Below are positions 9,761 through 17,700 of a stretch of DNA of 54,959 bases, piece after piece. The stretch is from Methanobacteriota archaeon (GTDB lineage: Archaea; Thermoplasmatota; Thermoplasmata; UBA10834). Location: contig CP070748.1 of NCBI GenBank assembly GCA_020348345.1, positions 43,384 through 98,342 of the forward strand. Reading direction: 5' to 3'. The notes under the pieces were generated by a model. The model had not been told where the DNA came from. It ran no database searches and was given only the letters and a program-made list of their open reading frames with translations. Positions within the stretch are counted from its first letter, which is position 1. Every line of letters begins with the position of its first letter. The position numbers and the translations under genes were made by a program.

Positions 9761-9892
9761 AGGTCAGTGGGCTGTCTACAGGCTATTTCCGACAAGAAAT
9801 CATATTTAAACATTCCTATTGTATTACGGAAAAGGATTATGTATCTCTCGCGGAAATCATAGAGCTCTGCAGCATACTGACGGGGGATATGG

Positions 9893-10642
9893 CTGAGCTC
9901 TATCAAGAGCCTTGAAGAGCATTGGATTCTAACAGCGTCAGGGGCGCTTCTAGTCGGGGGAATTGTGCTCCTTTCGTTCACTATCATGAGCCCAGCCACG
10001 TCGCCAATCTCTAGTATCGCGGATTTCGATGGCGACGGTGTGCCGGATGATTCTGACGAGTTCCCTTTGGACCCCTATGAATGGAAAGACTCTGACGGCG
10101 ACGGCTCGGGCGATGCTAGCGATGCCTTTCCACACGATCCGGATGAGACAGTAGATTCGGATGGGGATGGAATTGGCGATTTCGCGGACTTCATGGACGA
10201 GGGCAATGGGGGTGTGAGGATAACCCTGCTCGGCTACGAGTTCGAAGGGTATCTGTCGAGCTACAATCGTATAATGCACCCTCCTGATGCGATCTTCGAG
10301 ATCATTGTGGATATTGACTGCGATGGCGATTTTGACAAGCGCTACAGAAGCGAGGTTTTCGTCAGTATAGAATTCACCGAGGCGTTCTTTCAGGCTGATT
10401 GCGATCTCGAGGATGATGCCGCAGCAGTAAGATTCACAATCATCGCGTACGACGTCTGGGACGTGGACAACAATGATGTGACTGAGGCCCAGATAATGGA
10501 CTATATGCCTTTGGACGGCGTACGAGCCGATGAACAGACTGTGTCTCTCCCATGCAATTGCATTTGGTGCAACACCGGAGAAGGGGACACGGACACGCCT
10601 GATTGCACACTTGAATACATGATATCAACGGTGGCCTTGTAG
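9893..10642 (+). CDS. Membrane-anchored/secreted protein with thrombospondin-3-like Ca-binding repeats
   Basis: DxDGDG repeats; the hydrophobic segment WILTASGALLVGGIVLLSFTIM begins upstream of GTG 9965, so a CTG start at 9893 is proposed (in-frame TGA at 9878). Confidence 0.65.
   Translation: MSSIKSLEEHWILTASGALLVGGIVLLSFTIMSPATSPISSIADFDGDGVPDDSDEFPLDPYEWKDSDGDGSGDASDAFPHDPDETVDSDGDGIGDFADFMDEGNGGVRITLLGYEFEGYLSSYNRIMHPPDAIFEIIVDIDCDGDFDKRYRSEVFVSIEFTEAFFQADCDLEDDAAAVRFTIIAYDVWDVDNNDVTEAQIMDYMPLDGVRADEQTVSLPCNCIWCNTGEGDTDTPDCTLEYMISTVAL
10022..10190 (+). repeat. Tandem Asp-rich DxDGDG repeats (coding)
   Basis: DFDGDGVPDDSDEFPLDPYEWK-DSDGDGSGDASDAFPHDPDETV-DSDGDGIGDFADF. Confidence 0.75.
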
Positions 10643-10763
10643 AGGATCGTCACGATGGAGTGGAGAGGCCTTGTCTTCTTGCGCCCACGCTTCCTATGTC
10701 CAACCTGCATCGGAAGCCTGGGGCACCTCGTCCTCACGACAATGTTTGGCGCGAAATTCGCAA

Positions 10764-13550
10764 TCACCGATTTGCCCTGGCTCGGGCCATGAACAGCAGC
10801 AGTGCCAGAATCGCGACGATTGGAACGAGCAAGGAAGAAAATTCCGGAATTGGTTCTCCGATGACCTCCACCTCCACACTAGCGGTAGCCGATAGGCCGT
10901 TTCCGTCTGTCACTTTAACAGCCACGACATGCCAACCAGGTTGGACGAATTGGTAGGTGGCCACGAGATTGTCAGACCGAGCATCCCAGATGCCGTCGCC
11001 GTTCCAATCCCAGCGGACCTCCAATTCCGAATAGGGCGTCTCGATATCGAAAGATGCAGACGCGTTGAAGGTGAAGATGGTCAGAACTCCTCCCTCCGAT
11101 GGATTGGCCTCGAGGATTGCCTCCGGAGGATGATTGACCAGAATGAACGTTGAGATGGTGTCCCAGTTATAGCTGAAGTGCTCTGCATCATCCCTCACCT
11201 CCGCCCTGACAAGGTAAGGAGCTTCTCGACTGCTGGAGCATGTGTAGTTGAATGAGATTGTCAAGGGTTCCTCCGGCACAGCTACCAGGGCGTTGCTCAA
11301 TTCCACACCGAGCTCTGGGAGGAATACCAATACGGTGATCTCATCGCCTTCAGGGTCCATGATCTCAACGTCGAAACGAACGATGTCTCCGCTCAGGTAG
11401 TTGTCTAACGAGGGAAATGCAGATATCGAGATGGCAGTCGGCCTGGCGTTCTTCTCTTCGACCGTGACTACCGACGACTCACTGAAATTGTTGTCATACT
11501 CGTCGGCGGCCCAGACGGTCAAGTCAAAATCGCCAACGAATTCATAGACATGTGAGGCGGAATGGTTGTTAGCGGGGTTACCAGCGGCTAGAGGGCTGCC
11601 GTCCCCCCAGTCGTACCAAAAGGACAGGGCAGAGCCTGTTAGATTGAGAATATCGATGGGCGTCACCTCGAACGATTCGTTCCAAACTGCATTGTAGTAC
11701 AGCTCAAGTGAGAAGCTCGGCGGAGGCTTTCTGAATCTGATTGCATCGACCCATGCGGTGTCGTCCAAGTCGCTGATGCCGGCGTTCTTCGTATAGCTCC
11801 AGTACAACGTGTGATTCCCTTCTCCCAGATTACAGGACTCTTCAGTCCAATCCACGTTTCCGCTTATAGAAGATAGAATCGCACTGCTTGGAACGGAGAA
11901 GGTCAGGACGTCCGCGTCGTACTCGGTCGAGGCCTTCCAAGCGAAGGTCACGTTCACCGGTCCTGAAACCGACATCGTGAGTGTCGTCGTCTCGCCTTCA
12001 GCCACATCTCCTGTCTGCATGCAATCGTCGCCTATCGCCGATTCATCCTCAACAGGGATCCAAGCTACATCAGATGAGGATGCCAGACCCACGTCCGATG
12101 CGTCGACCGCGTCATCTGCATCGATAGGCGTGTACCGCGGGAACGTCACGGTGACAATACCGGGCGTCGTCTTCGGAATGTCGGGCGACTGTTCTGATGT
12201 CCTGTTCGCAGTTCCTGGCGCAAACCATCCCTCGTGTGATTCCACTTTGAACGACGATATCGTCCCTGTCGAGGATGAGGCGCCTATCTCCAGGAAGAAA
12301 TCCTCAGAGGAACTCTCGTAATGCGGCTGGAACTCCGAGACATCCACGCACATGAACGTGGGATAGTAGTGGGAGACTATTCGATCCTCGACCACGAAGG
12401 GTTCTTTCGTCGCCAGCGGCAGCAATAAGGGGTCTCCTATGCCGACCTGGATCACCGCGCTCCTCGAGGGAGCGTCATTGAAGTGCCAGTTTGCCACGAG
12501 GCTCGGAGAGTAGTCCTCCTTGTCAGACATGTAGTTCAGGTAGGCTTTGCCAGCGTCGCCTATTTCTATGAGCGTGTCGTAGGTGAACCAGTAGAATCCG
12601 GCTTCCGCAAACCCTGTTCCCCAGGAGTTGACGACACGGAAAGCTCCGACATCGCCATCTTCGGTGATCGTATCATCGTAACCCACTATAGTCTGTGCGT
12701 GATTCAAGGCAGTGGAGTTATACTCAAGCGAATTGAGGATGTAGGGGTAACCCAAATTTCCGGAGCTCTCCGTAATTTCGAGTGCATCCATGGCGAAGGT
12801 GACGGGCGTTCCGCCCGCAACGAGGAGTTTGATCTCGTCGATCGTCGTCATCGGAGAATCGTAATTGTAGTCTACCCACCAGACTTCCTCTGCCCTATGA
12901 GCGGGAGCCTCGCGGAAGGCAGATGGCGAACCGAGGTCCAGGTACTCGTGCTCGTCGAAAGGCATCGTTGCCATCGTTGCAGCGCCCCAATCGCAGGTGA
13001 CCATCATATTGAAGTCCATGGTAGAGCCTGTGTCGCGGCCGCCGTTCGACCTGGCATAGGTCCAAGCCGGCGATATGAGCTGTTCGGCCTCGCCCGAGGA
13101 GGCAAGCGTCCAGTTATTGTCCACGGCCTCAAGGAATCCGTACGCGTAATAGGTCGCAGCCCATGCCGCGCACGAAGGCTGCGAGCGCTGATTCCCCACA
13201 GCCGGGAAGAAGGGCGATGTGGAGAGGTCGATCGAGGTGGGCAGCGATCCGAAATCGGCTTCGATCGCATCAAGAACGTTGACGACTCCAATCATGGATT
13301 CAAGCTGCTCCTCTGTCGGGGGGACGAGCCCAGTTCCGAACCCATCGACTATAACGTTGTAGTCTTTCGAGGGGTCCTGCGTCCCGATGATGTTTCGGAG
13401 CTCACGCACATCTGCCTCTGTCATCTTGTGATGTGCAAAAACGATGGATGTGGCTTCAGTCGGTGCCGCAGGAGTCGGCAATGCGCAAAAGACGACACCA
13501 AACAGAAGTGCCGCTGTCATTAGGGCAATCACCGATCTCATCAACCCCAC
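10764..13550 (-). CDS. Surface papain-family (C1A) cysteine peptidase with PKD-like domains and PEF-CTERM sorting signal
   Basis: Signal peptide; NQRSQPSCAAWA (Gln/Cys), LNHAQTIVGY (His), VNSWG (Asn); YDWGDG and WDWNGDG PKD motifs; C-terminal IPEF + TM + basic tail. Confidence 0.9.
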   Translation of the reverse strand: MGLMRSVIALMTAALLFGVVFCALPTPAAPTEATSIVFAHHKMTEADVRELRNIIGTQDPSKDYNVIVDGFGTGLVPPTEEQLESMIGVVNVLDAIEADFGSLPTSIDLSTSPFFPAVGNQRSQPSCAAWAATYYAYGFLEAVDNNWTLASSGEAEQLISPAWTYARSNGGRDTGSTMDFNMMVTCDWGAATMATMPFDEHEYLDLGSPSAFREAPAHRAEEVWWVDYNYDSPMTTIDEIKLLVAGGTPVTFAMDALEITESSGNLGYPYILNSLEYNSTALNHAQTIVGYDDTITEDGDVGAFRVVNSWGTGFAEAGFYWFTYDTLIEIGDAGKAYLNYMSDKEDYSPSLVANWHFNDAPSRSAVIQVGIGDPLLLPLATKEPFVVEDRIVSHYYPTFMCVDVSEFQPHYESSSEDFFLEIGASSSTGTISSFKVESHEGWFAPGTANRTSEQSPDIPKTTPGIVTVTFPRYTPIDADDAVDASDVGLASSSDVAWIPVEDESAIGDDCMQTGDVAEGETTTLTMSVSGPVNVTFAWKASTEYDADVLTFSVPSSAILSSISGNVDWTEESCNLGEGNHTLYWSYTKNAGISDLDDTAWVDAIRFRKPPPSFSLELYYNAVWNESFEVTPIDILNLTGSALSFWYDWGDGSPLAAGNPANNHSASHVYEFVGDFDLTVWAADEYDNNFSESSVVTVEEKNARPTAISISAFPSLDNYLSGDIVRFDVEIMDPEGDEITVLVFLPELGVELSNALVAVPEEPLTISFNYTCSSSREAPYLVRAEVRDDAEHFSYNWDTISTFILVNHPPEAILEANPSEGGVLTIFTFNASASFDIETPYSELEVRWDWNGDGIWDARSDNLVATYQFVQPGWHVVAVKVTDGNGLSATASVEVEVIGEPIPEFSSLLVPIVAILALLLFMARARANR

Positions 13551-13742
13551 CTGGACATTCCTATGTCTCGATACTGACCGACACTATTTCAACCTTTTCG
13601 CCTCAAACGACCCCCGCGCAGAAGTCTTAACAACTCCCTTCGGTCAATAGGCAACGGTTCCAGGCATACGATTCGTCGGCAGGATCGACAGCGAAGACCG
13701 TCTCAGGGGGCGCGCCGCGCGTCGACCGCCGAAAGGAGATTG

Positions 13743-13759
13743 CAAAGAAATGTATAAAT
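13743..13759 (+). promoter_or_regulatory. BRE/TATA promoter of tRNA-Gly
   Basis: CAAAGAAA followed by TGTATAAAT about 30 nt upstream of the tRNA. Confidence 0.65.
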
Positions 13760-13789
13760 CGGACTATAGGTTACATTCGGCAGAGACAT

Positions 13790-13900
13790 GCAGGTGTAAT
13801 CTAGTTGGTCAGGATTTTGGCCTTCCAACTCCTCCAACGATGAATTAAAATTGGAGAGGGACGAAAGCCAACGGCCCGGGTTCGAATCCCGGCACCTGCA
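13790..13900 (+). tRNA. tRNA-Gly(TCC) with 38-nt intron (about 13828-13865)
   Basis: Acceptor GCAGGTG/CACCTGC-A, anticodon stem TTGGC/GCCAA with loop CT TCC A|A, T arm CCGGG-TTCGAAT-CCCGG; intron hairpin CTCCAA/TTGGAG. Confidence 0.9.
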
Positions 13901-14114
13901 CCTTCGCTCCCCTGAGCCCGGCCTGGAACTTGCCACCGTTCCGTGGCAGCACGAGGCAATCTGCGGCTCCTCTCCAAGGGTGGAAGCAAGCGCTTGGCAA
14001 TTGCCGTTACGACCGCCCTCACGCTCGCCTGGGCGAGAGGGGCGCTGGATACGGCAATGTGGCGGGAGGCCCGGCGTTCTTCGCCGTTACGAGCGGGGTC
14101 AGGAGATCAGGTGC
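13898..14114. ncRNA. Candidate structured RNA downstream of tRNA-Gly
   Basis: Long-range closing pairs plus four internal hairpins, including 8-bp ATTGCCGT/ACGGCAAT; no convincing coding frame. Confidence 0.3.
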
Positions 14115-14176
14115 GATCAATTGCGCATGCCATTTCTCAACCGTGCCTTTTCGCAACACGATTGCTCCTGTGCCTC

Positions 14177-14410
14177 TCAGCTGATCTCCGCGTGCTCACC
14201 AACCGCGGAATAGGTTGACCCTGTTTCGAGACCCAAACCTGCGTCGATCTCCCTGAGCTCACCCAGTAAATCGATGATGTCCCGGACATCTTCTCCTTGA
14301 GTCTGCATCTCTCCGGCAAGATCTTCCAAATCCTGGATCGTATGGGTACGGACCCACTCGATCGCTCGGGCGTTCCGCGCCGCAGCCCGCGCTGTCTTCC
14401 TATTCAGCAT
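14177..14410 (-). CDS. Small hypothetical protein (77 aa)
   Basis: MLNRKTARAAARNARAIEWVRTHTIQDLEDLAGEM...; helical amphipathic pattern; TTAAATA TATA-like element near 14476-14482 on the minus strand. Confidence 0.5.
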   Translation of the reverse strand: MLNRKTARAAARNARAIEWVRTHTIQDLEDLAGEMQTQGEDVRDIIDLLGELREIDAGLGLETGSTYSAVGEHAEIS

Positions 14411-14731
14411 TGCATCCCATCCGCGCTTCGTGTCTGACGATTCGTCAGCTGATTTTCCGTATTGGCCTTCACAATATTTAAGTATTACTCGAGTTATCAC
14501 CACTTAGGCGCATATCGTCGGACCGGAAGAAGGAGTGCCGTCGCTATCCGGCAGCAGTACGCCAGATTCTGGCTAGCGCCTCGCCAGCCGGCCTGGGCAA
14601 GCGAGCGTGAATGGCTTGTCAGACGCTTCATCCTCGTGCGGCCTCGTGCGATAGGAGCGAATCTGCCGACGCCTGGAAAATGCTTTATGAAGACAAATCA
14701 TTAAGTTCGCTGGACCGCGGGTGAGCAGGAT

Positions 14732-17700
14732 TTGGGAATATTCGATTCGTTGTTGAACAAGGAGAAGAAGCTCCTGAACAAGGCCAACAAGGAGCTTGTG
14801 AAGATCGACGGACTCATCAAGTCAGGCCGCAAGGATGAAGCATTCTCCGGACTGAGGAAACAGATAACTCAGCTCAACGAGGGCATGGCTAGCGTTGACA
14901 AGATGAAACCGGAGTTCTCCACATTGTTGTCAACCCTGGCTTCAAGATCGGCGCTACTGAATGAATTTCGCACTGCTGAGGACTGTGCCAATGTTGCCCT
15001 GCAGCTCGATTCCGCAAACCCTGATGCGATGGCAGTGCTCGGAGAAGCCGCCCTGAAACTTGGACGACGGGAGGACGCATTATCATGGTACAGGAAGGCA
15101 ACTGAGCAGCGGCCCGATTCCCCTAAGTACTGGTCTCTGCTGGGCAATGCACACGAGTCGCTCGATGAGATTGCCGATGCGATCTTCAGTTACCGTCGAG
15201 TTCTGGAACTGGACTCGGACAGCATTGCTCACTACGACAAGATACTGAAACACGAGCCGAAGGATATCGACATCATAAAGCGCAAGGGAGACGCGCTGTC
15301 AAGACTCAAGAGATACGCCGACGCCGTGAAGGTGTTCCGATCAGGCACCGACATCCAGCCGAAAAACAAGGACCTCTGGGTTGGCATGGGAGCCGCAATG
15401 AACTTCGATGGCAGGCCGGATGACGCCATCGATGCGCTCACCAAGGCGTTGAAGTTGGATCCGAAGGACGCATACATCCTGGACAGCATAGGAAGGATAC
15501 AACACAAGATCGGCAAGAGAGAGGAAGCGCTCAAGAGCTTCTCGGCCGCCGTGAAGATCGACCCGTCCAATCCAATTCTATGGAATGAGCTAGGGGTCGT
15601 ACAGGAAGAGCTGGACGACTTCGACAAGGCTTTAGGGTCATTCGACAAGGCGCTTGAGATTCAAGGAGACAATCTCAATGTGCTTCTCAACAAGAAGAAG
15701 ACCCTGATGAAGTCCGAGCGATACCTGGAAGCCATCGAGGTGTGCGATAAGATAATGGTTCTGGACGCGAAGAATCACGAAACGATGTTGGACAAAGGGC
15801 GAGCGCTATTCGCTCTTGAGAGGTACGATGAAGCTCTGACATTCACCGACGCCGCTCTCACACTGGCGCCCGAGTCCAGGCCCGCGATGAAGCTGAAGAA
15901 GGACTCTCTCATCAAGCTGAACAGACACGCTGATGTCGTGGAATGGTCGAACAGGATGCTGGGAGTGAACCCAAGTGACTACGAGACGATGCATGACAAG
16001 GGAATCGCACAGGTCAAGCAGGAGAAGATTCACGACGCCATAAAGACCTTCGAAAAGGCGCTGAAGTCTGCTCCTGAGCAGCGTCCGATTTTGGAAAGCC
16101 TCAAGGAGGCATACAAAAAGGTGCACAAAGACGTCGACGTGATCCACGTCTGCGACAGGATAATCGCCATCGACGCGTCCGACAAGAAGGCGAATTTCGA
16201 CAGAGCCGTTGCCCTCGACAGACTGGATCGCGCTGACGAAGCGGTCATTGGCTACATTGGTGCGCTTGAGGCCGATCCCAAGAATCCACGCATCTTCCAC
16301 AACCTTGCTGCACTCTTCCTCAGACTCGGCAAGACCAAGGAGGCGATGGACTACATCAAACAGGGCCTGTCTGGAAGCCCAAAGGATGCGCAGTTGTGGC
16401 GGTTGAAAGGAAAGGCCGCCTTCACCGCAAGGGACTACGCAGAAGCCATCAAATCATGGGAGAAGACGCTTGAAATCGAGCCCGATGATAGCGGCACCAG
16501 CAAGTATCTGGGTCGGGCGCTCGTAGAGGTCAATAGATACGAGGAGGCGCTGGCAAGGTATGAGTCCGTCCTCAAGACCGACGCGAAGGATTCAGAGGCG
16601 TGGACACTGAAGGCGGAGGTTCTGAGCCTGCTTGAGAGATTCGATGAGGCCCTGTCCGCAACGCGGCAGGCACTGAGACTGTCTCCAAACACCGCCAGCC
16701 TCCTTGTCAGTGAAGGCAAGATACTGGTCAAGCTCAATCGCAGAGAAGATGCCCTGGCCTCGTACAACTCCGCTTTGTCAGCATCCCCGATGGATGCTGA
16801 GATACTGAACGAGAAGAAGGAGTTGCTCAAGTCCCTGAAGAGGTACGATGAAGTGATTCAGACATGTGATGAGATCCTGTCTGTCCGCCAGAACGATAAG
16901 GAAGCCTACATCGACAGAGGGAGCGCCGCCCTGTTCCTCAAGAAACCTAGCGACGCGCTATTCGCATTCAACAAGGCTCTTGCCATCGACGACGCCGATT
17001 TGGACACTCTGGAGCTCAAGAAGCTCTCGCTCATAGAGCTAGATGACAGCGAAGCGGTCGTCGATGTCTGCGATCGCATACTCGAGCTCAGCCCGAAGAA
17101 CAAGGTGGCGTTCTCCGACAGAGCGGGCGCCCTGGAGAAGCTCGACAGGCATGAGGAGGCGCTCCAAAGCTACGAGAAGGCAATCGCGCTAGATCAGAAG
17201 GATGTCTTTCTATGGAATCGGAAGGGCTCCCTTCTGCTGAATGCTGGAAAGGCGGCCCAGGCGGCGGAGGCGTTCGAACACGCACTCAAACTGGACTCGA
17301 ACCAACCATTCATCCTCAACAACCGTGGGAAGGCCTATCTTGAGCTCAGAAGATTCGAGGAGTCGCTCGCGGATTTCGAAAAGGCGATAAAGATCCTCCC
17401 GAAGGTCCCCGATTTCCACACAGACAGAGGCAGAGCTCTCGCGGCGATGGGAAGATACGACGAGAGCGTCGACTCGTTTAACGAGGCGAGACGCTATTCT
17501 CCGAACGACATCTCTGCCCTCAAGTACATGGGGATGGCGTTGCTGAAGCTAAATCGGATATCGGAGGCGTTGGGTTGCTTCGACGAGGCCTTGCGTCAGG
17601 GAGCTATCGACAAGGATCTGTGGATTGCCAGAGCGAAGGCTTCGGAGGCTGAGGGGAACAAGCAGGAGGCTGTGAAATCCTACCTCAAGGCTCTCGAGAT

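Noticed and set aside
12483-13523. Long antisense or alternate-frame ORFs (also 1116-1853, 5945-6721, 17549-18571, 50986-52002 and others)
   Set aside because: They shadow well-supported genes on the opposite strand and have no motifs; expected from GC-rich codon bias
7023-13789. Integrated mobile element at tRNA-Pro or tRNA-Gly
   Set aside because: No integrase, transposase or direct duplication of a tRNA 3' end was seen
13828-13865. Possible tRNA-Trp with a C/D guide intron (CCA triplet, ACGATGA in intron)
   Set aside because: Stem TTGGC/GCCAA centres TCC as the anticodon; the intron is too short and has no CTGA box D
13974-13997. AAGGGTGGAAGCAAGC resembling SRP RNA helix 8
   Set aside because: Spacing does not fit AGG-N3-GGAA-N3-AGCA, and no Alu domain or helix 6 is recognisable
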